Positions 13,084 through 26,077 of a DNA stretch of 64,000 nt are shown here, piece after piece. The notes beneath the pieces were generated by a model. It had not been told where the DNA came from and made no database searches. It saw only the letters and a program-made list of their open reading frames with translations. The translations under genes were made by a program, and so were the position numbers. The stretch is from Eledone cirrhosa (Eukaryota), in NCBI GenBank assembly GCA_964016885.1, contig OZ024744.1, positions 26,660,001-26,724,000 of the forward strand, written 5' to 3'. Numbering within the stretch: the stretch's first letter is position 1; each line of letters opens with the position of its first letter.

Positions 13084-14471
13084 ATTCTGTAGTTAAGCAA
13101 ATGAAGACCACAAATTCACACAGAAGACATCAGTCACAGAGTATCAACATTAAGTGCAGTTTAATATAGAAAGGGGATAGTAATGTCAGTTTACAATTGT
13201 TTCACTACTCCATATAATGTTTCTGGATCAATCGATGGTATGAAAGTTATTGATTTGATTACGATGAGTACTGGTATGGCTACGTGGAGTACTTATGGGA
13301 GGGGGCGTAGGGGGAGTTATATTATTTTAGTTTATGATAGTTGGTAAATGCGATATGGCTAGCTAGGTTCGGTGTAGTGGAGAAGGAGATTTTTATATTG
13401 TTTTTATTAAAGAGCTTGTAATATCTATGGTTGGGGGGGGGGGGTAGATAGGATGGAGAAGAAGCATTTAGGGATGTTGGTAGTTAAGTTAGATGAGAAG
13501 GGGGTGGTTAAGCCAGGTGATTTTTCTAGGCCTGTTACGTCTATGGGGTCTAGCAGAGTTGGCAGGGGCATTACTAGGGTTATTATTGCCAATGTGCTTG
13601 CTAATGGACGGCCTATTATCATTTCTTAATCTAGGGTTGATTCTGAGTCTGCTACTAGGAGTAGGGAGTAGGCCTCTGCCTCTATTACGATTAGCTGTAT
13701 AGATATTGGTAGGCCTAGACTTCCGGCAAATCTGGCTAAATGATAATGTGTTTCTAGTTCTAGTGTTATAGTTATTGAGGTTGTGGTGAAGTTGGGTGTT
13801 ATGGCCCTTAGGTATGTAGTAGATAGACTGTGTATAACCAGATTCAGAAGGGGCCTTATTATAATATACTGTATGGGGATTAAATATCTCCTCATTGGCG
13901 AATAGCAAGGAAATCCTATATAAGATAGACATAATGACCGCTCTGATGACTGCTGGTGGGTGGTTAGAGTGCGGGCTAATATAAGTAAGTATTTCACCTG
14001 GTTTATAATAAGGGTAATATAAGTTGTTAGTAAGATCAAGGGTGACATCAAGGAAATTCACTACCTTATTGTTAGGTGACAGATAGACCGTTATTTTTAA
14101 AGAATCTGTGTAGTTGTTTTCTGAGTGTTTACCTTCAGCCTCTACAGACATCTAATGTTTATTTATACCATACACCTGAAATTCTCCAGGGCCAAGGTGC
14201 CCCATCTGGGCTTTATATATAGTAATAATCTCATTATCTCTCCCTAAGTTCCGAAGATCTGCTCCATAATATTATTCTATGTTACTTATATTTTTCTGCA
14301 CCAAATCAATAACTTTCTTACCATCGATTGATCCAGAAACATTATATGGAGTAGTGAAACAATTGTAAAATGACATTACTATCCCCTTTCTATATTAAAC
14401 TGCACTTAATGTTGATACTCTGTGACTAATGTCTTCTGTGTGAATTTGTGGTCTTTATTTGCTTAACTACA

Positions 14472-14475
<4 letters not shown>
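13084..14475 (-). mobile_element. Second Naiad-type PLE fragment with inverted pLTR
   Basis: ORF 13489-14151 with VVNFLDVTLDL, YPYYKP, SNHPP and RKITWLNHP; 13084-13257 is the reverse complement of about 14302-14475; flanked by microsatellites. Confidence 0.85.
14247..14371 (+). ncRNA. Type I hammerhead motif with long stem II (U4C variant)
   Basis: AGUU-CCGAAGA-U-CUGCUCCAUA...UAUGGAGUAG-U-GAAA-CAAUUG-UA-AA(A/C)U; 10-bp stem II base and palindromic stem III. Confidence 0.68.
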
Positions 14476-14530
<55 letters not shown>

Positions 14531-14558
14531 TATATATAATATGTGTATATATATATAT

Positions 14559-14690
<132 letters not shown>

Positions 14691-14795
14691 AGCTCTACGG
14701 TTCTTCTATATTTGATATATATTTATCCTTTTCGAGCCCTCTTTGGATTTTAGTCTTCAAATGTATTATTATTACTATATATATATATATATATA

Positions 14796-15138
14796 TATTA
14801 TTCAAAATGTTAACAACTGAAAAATATTCTCATAATCAAAATATATACTTTATTATGTATATTTCAAAGTTACTATGTTGTTTTTTCAGTACGTCCTCAT
14901 CGTACAAAATCTTTAATTTGATATATGACATACCGCTACGGTGTTGATTATTCAATTCCAGTATTGCCAATCCTGGAATTGAATAATCAACAACATAGCG
15001 GTATGTCATATATCAAATCAAATATTTCGTCTGATGAGGACGTACTGAAAAAACAACACAGTACCTTTGAAATATTTATAATAAAGTGTATATTTTGATT
15101 ATGAGAATATTTTTCAGTTGTTAACATTTTTAATAATA
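14796..15138. repeat. ~340-bp fold-back element between (TA)n tracts
   Basis: Arms of about 165 bp are reverse complements centred near 14967. Confidence 0.88.
15023..15088 (+). ncRNA. Type I hammerhead motif, slightly decayed
   Basis: UAUUUCGU-CUGAUGA-GGAC-GUACUG...CAGUAC-CUUU-GAAA-UAUUUA-UA-AUAAAGUG. Confidence 0.68.
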
Positions 15139-15896
15139 TAAAAAACTCCAGGAAAACCTTTTTGTTGAGTGCTTCTAGTCTATTGTAAAATTGTATTCGT
15201 TGAGTAATCAACGAACCATTCTAATCTTTGGTCACATATATATATATAACTGTGTGTGCGTGATGAATTGATACTGTCATTTGTTGCAGTTTAGGAAGAA
15301 ATATAGAAATCATTATATGATCAACTAATGAATTGATAGATTGTGTGTGTGTATGTGTGGATATCTGTGTGTGTTTGTGGGCACGTGTATGTGTGGAAAT
15401 GTGTGTGTGTGGGCACGTGTGTGTGAGTGTGGATGTGTGTGGATATATGTGTGCGCGGGCAGGCACGTGTGTGTGCGTGTAGATATGTATGTGAGTGTGT
15501 GTGTGTGAACACGTGTGTGTGAGCACGTGTGTGTGAGTATGGATATGTATGTGTGTGTGTGTGTATGGATATGTATGTGTGTTCGCATGTGTGTGTGTAA
15601 GTGAGTGTATGTGTATGTGCGTGTATGCATGTATATATGTGTATATGTGTATGTGTATATCTATATGTGTGTGTATGTGATGAAATGAGATCAACTAATG
15701 AATGGGAGATGATAGCTTTGTGTGTGTGTGTGTTATATTTCTGACTTTTGTGATTTCTCGCCTCATTAGAGCTTTTCAGCATCGTTTGAAGTTGAAATCT
15801 TCAAACGATGTTTCGTTTCGGTCTTTTGATTCTACTGCAACTGCAAAGAACACTCGTCCCGGCGATTGGACAGTTTTTTCTCTTGCTGAGTGAGAC

Positions 15897-16165
15897 TCAC
15901 AATAAATAATATAATAAAATCAAACAACAATAACAACACAATAACAACTCAAAGACACAATAACAACACAAAAACAATACAATAACAACACAATAACAAC
16001 ACAATAACACCACAATAGCAACACAATAACAACACGATAACAACATAATAACAACACTATAGCAACACAATAACAATACAATAACAACACAATAACAAAT
16101 ATAATAACACAATAACAACACAATAATAACACAATAACAACACAATAACAACATAATAACAACAC
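15897..16165 (+). repeat. 11-bp minisatellite (CAATAACAACA)n
   Basis: Direct reading. Confidence 0.9.
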
Positions 16166-16242
16166 ATTTGTCTTTTTCATTTTAAAGCCCTCTCACCTAT
16201 CCACGTGTCCATGGGCTCTTCTATACCACATCTTCCTCTCTT

Positions 16243-16625
16243 TTTGTTGTTGTGGTTCTTGCTGTTGTTACTGCGGTTGAGCGTGTTGTTGTTGTTACTG
16301 TTGTTGTTATCGTGGTGGCGGTGGCGGTGGTGATGTTGTTGTTGGTGGTGGTGGTTGTGGTGGTGGTTGTGCTGGTGGTGGTGATGGTGGTGTTGGTGGT
16401 GGTGAGGGGCATATTTTTGGTGGTGGTGGTGGTGGTGGTGTCGTTGTTGGTGTGTGGTGCTGATGGTGGTGTTGGTGGTGATGGTGGTAGTGGTGGTGGT
16501 GGAGGTGGTGGTGGTAGTGGTGATGGTGGTGTTGGTGGTGGTGGTGGTAGTGGTGGTGGTGTTGGTGGTAGTGATGGTGGTGGCGGTGGTGGTGGTGATG
16601 GTGGTAGTGGTAGTGGTGTAGTGGT
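16243..16625 (+). repeat. (GTT/GGT)n trinucleotide repeat
   Basis: Direct reading; source of spurious poly-P/T/G/V ORFs. Confidence 0.92.
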
Positions 16626-16769
16626 CGTTTTAACTATTTCTTTTCTGAAAAAAGGACAGCTTAAGAATGCAGCACATGAAAAAGTGACAGTCAACCATTA
16701 CAAAAGGAAAATAAGCATGATTAAAGTAACATACATGATGTCACAGATGTGTGACGAAAGAACTTTGAT

Positions 16770-16811
<42 letters not shown>

Positions 16812-16818
<7 letters not shown>

Positions 16819-17059
16819 GTTTGTATATGTATAATAAAGCTAAAACAATGCAGGTATGGACATAGAATGAAGAATGCAAATGCAAAAGATATTGTTGACA
16901 ATTAGTCTTTTACCTTAGATTTATTTAAATGTCCTAGGACATTTAAATAAATCTAAGGTAAAAGACTAATTGTCAACAATATCTTTTGCATTTGCATTCT
17001 TTATTCTATGTCCATACTTGCATTATTTTGGCTTTATTATACATATACAAACGTTTATA
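16812..17059. repeat. 248-bp spacerless palindrome between (TA)n tracts
   Basis: Centre GTCCTAGGAC at 16931-16940; the arms match with few substitutions. Confidence 0.93.
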
Positions 17060-17098
17060 CCTCATTACACAATGCTTCAAGTGAACTATAACCTCCTC

Positions 17099-17135
<37 letters not shown>

Positions 17136-17733
17136 GATCGAGTATCGAAAAATCGGCGCACGAGTTCACGATAAACAATATTCGAAATGAGCGGCAGAGG
17201 GCTCAATAATTCAGATGAATCAGAGCTATAACTATCGTTAAAATACCGTCACACATAGAACAAGTCTAAAATCAACCATACGATAAAAAATCGATAATAG
17301 AAGATTCGGAACAAACAGATAAAAAATATCAATAAAACAATACATCAATAATTTAAATGAATGTAAAATCATATATATATATATGTGTGTGTGTGTAGGA
17401 GGTGAGTTTTATTGTAGCACAATATTAATACTCACTACAGCATTCTCCAATTTTCCATTTTTCCTCATATTATTGGCCATAGAAACTATATATTTATTAA
17501 TATATAATAATATTACCATTAGTAAATTTTTGTAAACATATACTTTTTGACGTTAGATATTTTTTCTTCCTTAAATTCTCTTTTTTCTTCTCTCCTTCCA
17601 TGCTCGTTTTAAACCTATTATTTATGTTTACATATTACAATACATAAAAACAAACTTAAACCCTATCAGAAATTCCTCTAAGTTCATAATTCATTTATTC
17701 TTCTCCTTCTTTCACATTACATCCTTAATATAA

Positions 17734-17923
17734 GGGCGGTGGATTGGCAGTATCGGTAGAGGGTCGGACGCCATGCTTTGCAGCACAGTTACGTCCCTTT
17801 ACGGATTGCGCTCAAATCCAACCGAGGTTAACTTTGCTTCCATCCTTACAGGGTCGATAAAATAAAGTACCAGTAATACACTGAGATAATTGCTGGCCTT
17901 GTGCCAAAAGTAGAAACAATTAT
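17734..17923 (+). mobile_element. tRNA-derived SINE, family A, with TSD
   Basis: GGGCGGTGGATTGGCAGTATCGG head, core and tail; direct repeat ATCCTTAATAT at 17721-17731 and 17924-17934. Confidence 0.88.
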
Positions 17924-18420
17924 ATCCTTAATATCATTAATATTTTTATTTTAATAATACATATTAATAAATTGTCTTTTTTTTTGGCACATATTATTAA
18001 ACCTTTCAATATATAAACCTAAATTAATACTATTCCTAATTCCTTTTTCTTCAACCATAAACATCAACATCCATAAACCTCATTAACTTTTATTTTCAAA
18101 ATCTTTTTAAATTATATATTATCTCCCAACGGTTTTTTAATTTCTCTCTGTGAGACAGTGTTTTTCTCAGTTGTAAAGGCTATTTCTCTCTCTCTATCAC
18201 TCATTTCTCCTCCTCTCTCATTCTTCCTTCTTATACTCCTCCCCCACCATACTTTATTTTCTTTCTTCCTCTTCCTTACCTTTTCCTAACCTCACCCCCC
18301 CCCCCCCCTCCCCTCACTTTTTCCCAATCTCATATATCCATCTTACTTTTATTTTTCATATGTTGATTTAAAACTTCACTGCTCACAAGTGTTTTTTAAG
18401 TTTCATATCATGTCTCCTTA

Positions 18421-18487
18421 TTTTATCTAATGAGAACGCAGATATCATCCCATGATGATATTTGTTTTTGAAATGCGCATAATAAAG
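18421..18487 (+). ncRNA. Type I hammerhead relic (G5A variant)
   Basis: UUUUAU-CUAAUGA-GAAC-GCAGAUAUCAUC-CCAU-GAUGAUAUUUGU-UUUU-GAAA-UGCGCA-UA-AUAAAG. Confidence 0.7.
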
Positions 18488-18706
18488 TACTTGGAACTCT
18501 TTTAACCATCTTTTGATCTTATATTATATATATATTTATATTTACATCTGTATTATTAACATTTGGTCATTTAATGATAAACATTGATTGCCAGATAAAT
18601 TAACTATGGAAATATAAAATATACAGAAGTGAAAACCACCAAACAATGAGTGTGTTATGTTATATATTTCTGGCAATATTACAACATTATGACCCTCCCC
18701 AAGTAT

Positions 18707-18764
<58 letters not shown>

Positions 18765-18805
18765 CTTATATAGACATGTAATATATATATATATATATAT
18801 ATATA

Positions 18806-19510
18806 CAGTTGTCCCCCAGTATTCGCGGGGTTACATTCCTAGAGCACTCGCATAGAGGGAACAACTGCGGATATTGGACCTGGTCCATAAAATGACCATA
18901 AACCTCAAAATATGACGTCAAATATAATTAAAGAAAAGAGAGGCCTCTCATGCGACGGGTCGACTTGGATGAGTTGACCTCGAGACCTATTCTCGCCAGT
19001 ACAAGGACCACCGATTGTAGGTCGCGGCAGACAGTCTCCACGGACCCGTCCAACGTAGCATTATCCAGGTACCAAACGTTGAGATCGACCATGATATTCC
19101 GAGCAATGCGGTTTATACCAAGAGCAAATAGGAGGGGGGCCAGTGGCAAAAGGTATGAGCGTATCAGCAGCAAGGAGCATGCACGTGGCTCCATATGACA
19201 GGTAGACCAGCGGGTCGGTAAGGGAGCTCGGCTGAGGCAGGCCTCAAGCAGATGATCACGGCATAAGCAGTTAAAAGCAATCCTTATGTCGAGCATGCCA
19301 ATGAGATCCCTGGAGTCCATGGAGTCCGGTAAGAGCCATTAATACCGTATATTGTTATTAATAATTTAGCATTTAAAAATATATATATTACCACGAAAAA
19401 AGCCATAACAAATCGCGGAAGATTCCGTGAATATGCGATTAGGGTCAAAGGAAAATTCAGCGATAACCGGGACTGCGGAAACCGGAACCGTGAATGCTGT
19501 GGGTACAATA
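18806..19510. mobile_element. pogo/Tigger-like non-autonomous DNA transposon with nested LINE fragment
   Basis: TA|CAGTTGTCCCCCAGTATTCGCGG left end and degenerate complementary right end ACCGTGAATGCTGTGGGTACAATA, with internal CGCGG/ACCG subterminal motifs. Confidence 0.6.
18930..19330 (-). pseudogene. CRE-like non-LTR retrotransposon RT fragment
   Basis: LDIRIAFNCLCRDHLL, PLAPLLFALGI, DLNVWYLDNATL, IGLEVNSSK resemble RT domains 3-6 with the WYLDD-type motif. Confidence 0.7.
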
Positions 19511-19528
19511 TATATATATATATATATA

Positions 19529-22500
19529 TCTTGGTTGTCCATCGTAAACGATGATGACATCTTCTTTATTTTAGTTCCCGTCTGCCGTGGGCACGAAGGT
19601 GGCTATGGAGGCCGATCCATGACTTGCAGGTCCGGAGACAGTGGGCGCAGGGTAAGAGACCGGAGTCGCTTGGGGTAGCTGTTGATGTCCTTTCACGGGC
19701 CTCAATGAGCTCTGCGCGTCTCTTCTCATCAAAAGAGTCTTTGGCGCGTCTGGTAAGGGCGCGCCACTCATTCCTGTCCTGAGCATGGGACTCGAGTTGT
19801 TTTGGGGCGATTCCAGTGTTGTTGATGTTAGACTTCACGCAGTCTTTGAACCTCATGAGAGGCCTGCCCTGCTTTCGTTTCCCCGAACAGAGTTCCCCAT
19901 ACATCAATTGCTTCGGAAGCCTGGGATCGTCCATCCGGATGACAAGTCCCACCCATCGAAGTCGGCTCTTCAGTATCATAGCTTTGATACTGGTTGCCTC
20001 AGCCATGTCAAGAACTTTGAGGTTGGAGACCTTGTCCTGCCATCTGATGTTCATGATTGACCGCAGGCTGCGCATGTGGAACCGTTCCAGCTGCTTCAGG
20101 TGTCTTCTGTACAGGGTCCATGTCTCACATTCGTAGAGGATGCTGGGGAGAACAACGCCTCTGTACACCTTGAGCTTGGTGGACTGCTTGATGTTGTGCT
20201 GGTTCAGGACGCGTGTCATCAGGCGGTCAAGGGCTTGACGGGCCTTGCAGATCCTGGCGTTTATCTCCTTGTCGAGGCTTCCATCGCTGCTGATGACACT
20301 GCCGAGGTACTTGAAGTCGTCCACCGTCTTTAGCTGGGTGCCTCCGATGGAGATGGAAGGAGGGTGGGAGAGGGAGGCAGGTGCAGGATGGAACTGGACC
20401 TCAGTGTGGCCAAGGCTAATTGTGAGACCGAAGAGGCAGGAGGCCTCCGAGAACTTGTTGACGATGACTTGGAGGTCAGACTCCTTGTGGGCCATGTGGG
20501 CACAGTCGTCAGCAAAAAGTGCCTCCAGGACGATCCTCTGCACGGTCCTTGTCTTGGCCGTCAGGCGCCGCATATCAAACAGGGAGCCGTCTAGTCTGTA
20601 TTGCAGATATACTCCGTGCTCGAGATCCCCGACGGCATGATTCCGCACGCAGGTGAAGAACAGGTTGAAGAGGACGGAGCCAGCACGCATCCTTGCTTGA
20701 TTCCGAACGGCTCCGATACCTCTCTGCCCGAGCGTACCTTCCCGGTCATGTCGTCATGGAATTGCCGTATCAGGTTCACGAACTTGGTCGGGCATCCAAG
20801 CTTCGACAGGATCGACCAGAGGGTCTCCCTGTTGACAGTGTCGAAGGCCTTCGTAAAGTCTATGAAGACGGCAAAGTGGTCCATGTTCTGTTCAACACAC
20901 TTCTCCTGCACCTGGCAAACTGAGATCATGTCGATCGTGCTGCGGTTTGGGCGGAACCCACACTGGGCCTCAGGCAGGTTGTCATCGGAGATGTTGGCGA
21001 TGAGGCGGTTGAGCATGACTCGAGCCAGGACCTTCCCAGCGATGGACAGGAGAGAAATGCCCCGATGGTTGCCACAGTCAGTTTTGCTGCCTTTGTTGTT
21101 AAAATGCGAGACAACTGTGGCATCCATGAAGTCTTCTGGCACCTCTTCTTCCTCCAATATGCTGACGAGGAGGGTGTGGAAGGCCCCAGGGTAGCTGCAT
21201 CGACCGACTTGAAGATCTCGGCAGGAATCCCGTCCATCCCAGAGCCCTTTCCTGAGCTGGTCTGGTTGATTGCCTTCGTGACTGCATCCAACGTGGAGGG
21301 GGGGTCGAGGATGCCGACTACGGGTTTCTGTGGGACCTAGTCGAGGGGGCAGGGTCGACAGTGGAGGGCCCGTTGAGCAGGTTGCTGAAGTGCTCTCTAC
21401 ACCTCGAGTTGATGCTGCTCTTCTCCTTCAGCAGGGTCGAGCCGTCAACAGACAGGAGTGGTGACAGGCTTGGAGTGTCCATAGACGTCAAGGATGGTGC
21501 TGAAGAATATCTTCGAGTTCATTGTGTCAGCGTATCTCTCGACTTTTTCAGCCTTCTTTTCCCACCACACGTCCTACATTCTGCGTAGCGCTGCTTGGGT
21601 CTGCCTCTGGAGGTGCTTGAAGGGGTTGTACTTCGAGGTGGAGGATCTGTCATTCTGCCACTCAATGAAAGCCCTCTTCTTCTCGTTCAGGAGTTGTCTG
21701 ATGTGCTCATCATTTTCATCTAACCAGTGCTGGTAGACTTTCTTCCTCGGCCCGATGGTTGCCTTGGCTGACTCTGTCACCAGCGACCTGAATGGGTCCC
21801 ACTGTTGAGTTGGGTGTCGGTCAGTGGTCCATGGGCAGTCAGCCGGCCGTCCAGGTCTTCCGCGAACGCATCACGATGCTCTGGCTGCTTGAGTCGCGCG
21901 ACGTCGAAAGCTGGTCTACAGACTTTCGGAGTCTTGCGATGCGTCGGGGTGTTGTGCAGTGACAGGATGGTCCTGACAAGGCGATGGTCGGTCGAACACT
22001 CTGCACCACGCATGGCAATGGTGATTCTGACGTCACCGATGTCCCTCTTGCGGCATATGGCAAAGTCAATCAGATGTCACTGTTTGGATCTGGGGTTCAT
22101 CCATGTCATCTTGAACTTGTCTGCCTGGCGGAACAGTGTGCTGGTGATGGTGAGGTCGTTCTCGGTGCAGGAACTCAACAGTATGAGGCCGTTAGAGTTC
22201 AGCTTCCCTGTGCCGTGAGGTCCCAGTACGCCTCTCCAGTTGCTGCTGTCAGACCCGACTCTTGCGTTGAAGTCCCCCAGTAGGATGAGTTTATCGCTTG
22301 GGGGACGCCCTTCATGAGTTCCCCGTAGAAAGCGTCCTTTGCTTCATCGCTGCTGATGAGAGTGGGGGCGTACGCGCTGATGACTGTGACATACCGAGAT
22401 GGGTCGAGGGGGAAGCGGAACTTCATCAGCTGCTTACTCACAGGTGTTGGGAGGTCTGGTAGCTACTTGCAGAGTGAAGTCCTGATGGCCAGGCCTACCC

Positions 22501-22760
22501 CGTGGATTCTGTCAACGTCCTTTGCATTGCCCTTCCAGAAGAAGGTGTTCCCTCCTTTCAGTTCTGCTACTGATCCTTCTTCGGCGAGTCTGGTATCGCT
22601 GAGGGCCGTCCAGCTACCCTCAACATGTTTCGGCCCGCCAGCCAAGGCGGTTTACCGGGTTGTGGCCGCTGTCGCATGCTACAGCTTCTTGGGGCCGCAG
22701 GTGAGAGGTGAGTGTCAGGTGGGACCCAATGCAGGACAAGCTGTCCTGAAAAGGGCATGG
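19529..22760 (-). mobile_element. Near full-length RTE-clade (BovB-like) LINE, frameshifted
   Basis: APE motifs (VISAYAPT, GDFNARVG, TDHRLV), RT motifs (FIDFTKAFDTV, KQGCVLAP, LFADD, FKYLGS) and C-terminal C2H2 CAHC..SHLRAH; visibly more GC-rich than its flanks. Confidence 0.95.
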
Positions 22761-22929
22761 CTAGACCCCCCCCTACAGAGGTACATTCCCCTCCATGACA
22801 CCCCAGGAATATACACACGTATATACATACACATACATATGTACATGCGTATATACATATTTACACACTTTTGGATGGCTGTTGACTCTTGAGTTCAATA
22901 TATGATGGTACGGACACACAGTGAAACGT

Positions 22930-24100
22930 CTCACGTGGAACCCCAACGACAGGCTACATCAATGGTACATCCAGTGTTGAATCCTAATGACTAGCTGTAC
23001 CAGTGGCACATCCAGAGTGACACTCCAACTACTGGCTGTATCAGTGGCACATCTAGAGAGGCACCCCAATGACTAGCTGTACCAGTGGCACATCTAGAGT
23101 GGAACCCCAACTACTGGCTGTATCAGTGGCACATCTAGAGAGTCACGCCAATGACTAGCTGTACCAGTGGCACATCCAGAGTGGAACCCCAACTACTGGC
23201 TGTATCAGTGGCACATCTAGAGAGTCACGCCAATGACTAGCTGTACCAGTGGCACATCCAGAGTGGCACTCCAACTACTGGCTGTATCAGTGGCACATCT
23301 AGAGAGTCACGCCAATGACTAGCTGTACCAGTGGCACATCTAGAGTGGAACCCCAACTACTGGCTGTATCAGTGGCACATCTAGAGAGTCACGCCAATGA
23401 CTAGCTGTACCAGTGGCACATCCAGAGTGGCACTCCAACTACTGGCTGTATCAGTGGCACATCTAGAGAGTCACGCCAATGACTAGCTGTACCAGTGGCA
23501 CATCTAGAGTGGAACCCCAACTACTGGCTGTATCAGTGGCACATCTAGAGAGTCACCCCAATGACTAGCTGTACCAGTGGCACATCTAGAGTGGAACCCC
23601 AACTACTGGCTGTATCAGTGGCACATCTAGAGAGTCACGCCAATGACTAGTTGTACCAGTGGAACATCTAGAGTGGAACCCCAACTACTGGCTGTATCAG
23701 TGGCACATCTAGAGAGGCACCCCAATGACTAGCTGTACCAGTGGCACATCTAGAGTGGAACCCCAACTACTGGCTGTATCAGTGGCACATCTAGAGAGGC
23801 ACCCCAATGACTAGCTGTACCAGTGGCACATCTAGAGTGGAACCCCAACTACTGGCTGTACCAGTGTCACATCTAGAGTGGCATCCCAATGACTAGTTGT
23901 ACCAGTGGCACATCCAGAGTGGCATCACAACTACTGGCTGTACCAGTAGCACATCCTGAGTGGAACCCCAATGACTAGCTGTACCAGTGGCACATCTAGA
24001 GAGGCACCCCAATGACTGACTGTACCAGTGGCACATCTAAAGTGGCACCCCAACAAGTGGCTGTACCAGTGGCATCTAGAGTGGCACCCCAACGACGGGT
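22930..24100 (+). repeat. 41-bp minisatellite with 82-bp dimeric higher-order structure, about 28 units
   Basis: Alternating GCTGTACCAGTGGCACATCYAGAGTGGAACCCCAACTACTG and GCTGTATCAGTGGCACATCTAGAGAGTCACGCCAATGACTA; unit starts at 23076, 23117, 23158. Confidence 0.95.
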
Positions 24101-24449
24101 TAGTTCAAGAAATCATTTAGCTAGAAATAGTTTCATCAAATCCAATGTAGTACTTACGTATATATAAACACGACTTTATGTATATGGTAGTAATGTTTAC
24201 GTATGTGTATTTCCATTTCTTGTGTGTTTAATTATTCTTATGTGTGTGTGTGTGTATGTGTGTAAATATGCAAGTGCATCCGCATATGAATACATATATC
24301 AACCATAATGATACAACGTGTGGGATTGCACATTTTTCTATATTTCTGTCTGTAAATCTTTAAAATTACACACACACGCACTCACACACACACACACACA
24401 CACATTCACACACACAAGCACATACACACACACAAACACAGCCACACAA

Positions 24450-24481
<32 letters not shown>

Positions 24482-24619
24482 ATACTCACAATGGATTTGC
24501 TATCTCAGTCATGTTGCTACAAGAAGTTCACTTTTCAATCCCAAGGGCCTTGGTTTTAACCCTATAATTGTTTCTGTAAATTGTTATTTCTCCAAAGTTA
24601 CTCATACATTTACTCATAT

Positions 24620-25227
24620 ATGTGATTTAAACCATGTCAAACAACCGTTGCTACCAGCCTTTAAGTCCATCTTTGTAAAACTGAGGGTCATGTGATTTGA
24701 ACCATATCAAACAGCTGTTGATACCAGCCTTTAACACTTTAACATCTGTTTAACACTGAGGGCCATGTGATTTAAACCATGTCAAATAACCGTGGATACC
24801 AGCCTTTAAGTCCATTTGTGTAAAACTGAGGACCATGTGACTTAAACCATGTCAAAGTAGCTTATTTTTACATCTTCAACTGGGGATCATCTTCAACCTC
24901 ATCTCTTCCACTTCTAAAACGACTTATCTATTTGTAGGTTGTTGATTTATTTGGGACATTCTCCCCATAAACTTGCTTGAGAGTGTCAATGATTTGGCTG
25001 CTCTGCCACCCTAGATTCACCATGAATTTGATGTTTTGATGGAGGCCATGCTGCTGAAGGGTGCTGACTTCCAACTGGTGGTACCGCGTTGCAATATGCA
25101 TATAAGGGTTCATGTTAGAACATGTTATGACACGTTAGTAAGAGAACGTACAGGTGCATTGAGATCACAATCCCTGCATATGATGTTTAGCTATGTACCC
25201 TTTCCACGAGCTATTTGAAGCCCTGCG
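24620..25227 (-). mobile_element. Hsmar2-like mariner, internally deleted, with tandemly amplified end
   Basis: TIR TA-CGCAGGGCTTCAAATAGCTCGTGGAAA; transposase N-terminus NIKFMVNLGWQSSQIIDTLKQVYGENVPNKSTTYK; near-identical to 49239-49784. Confidence 0.85.
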
Positions 25228-25486
25228 TATGTCATTTGTACATATAAGTTGAAGATTTATGTAAGTTTATGTTAGACATACATTATTCAAATACCATTTT
25301 TATCTTTCATCATTTCTATCTGTCAGTAACCAAGATATACTGTAGGGTTTCTTTTACGCAAACCATTAAATTATTAAAATGCAAATCTGGTAATCCTAGT
25401 ATATAAATGACACACTAATTCATTCAACGCTATTACAGTCATTGTTGATGACACGCACGGGTTCACTAATATACATACAGTATATA

Positions 25487-25586
25487 CCGGGTGTCCCCAA
25501 AGCATGTATACATACTTCTACAGCATTCTAATAAATATTGTCTGTACAGTTAATCAAAGTGTATATACATCTTTTTGGACACCCTG
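25487..25586. mobile_element. 100-bp Tc1/mariner-type MITE
   Basis: TA|CCGGGTGTCCCCAAAG ... CTTTTTGGACACCCTG|TA. Confidence 0.78.
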
Positions 25587-25597
25587 TATAGACACAT

Positions 25598-25634
<37 letters not shown>

Positions 25635-25679
25635 CATATATAAATCGGAATGGATGCAGTAAAAACCTGTTATACAATT

Positions 25680-26010
25680 ACTAACCAGAGTACTCGATAC
25701 TTAGGGCAGTAGAGTGGGTAATATGAAGGATTCGGGACCTCGACAGCTGAACTCCTGCCGTTTCAACTAGTTGTTCCAAACTAGCTGTTGAAACTATATA
25801 TATATATAACGAAGGAATTGTGGGAGGGAACCAGATGGACCATGACGCACCAGAATACTCAATACATAGAGTAGTAGAGTGGGTAATAGGAAAAAGTATG
25901 ACCCCGACGGCAGAGCTCAAGCCGTTTCGACGGCTATTTCTCGACTCAGTTCAGAAATAGCCGTCGAAACGAAACGGCTTTAGCTCTGCCGCCGGGGTCA
26001 TACTTTTTCC
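25680..26010. mobile_element. Two fold-back relics of the 10211 family
   Basis: GACCCCGACGGCAGAGCTCAAGCCGTTTCGACGGCTATTTCT...AGAAATAGCCGTCGAAAC; shares the tail GTAGTAGAGTGGGTAATA with 10320-10399 in reverse complement. Confidence 0.72.

Positions 26011-26075
<65 letters not shown>

Positions 26076-26077
<2 letters not shown>

Noticed and set aside
16221-16905. Proline/threonine-rich or glycine/valine-rich structural protein ORFs
   Set aside because: Explained by a (GGT/GTT)n repeat open on both strands.
22930-24100. CRISPR-like regular array
   Set aside because: No unique spacers, no cas genes, eukaryotic context; it is a tandem minisatellite.
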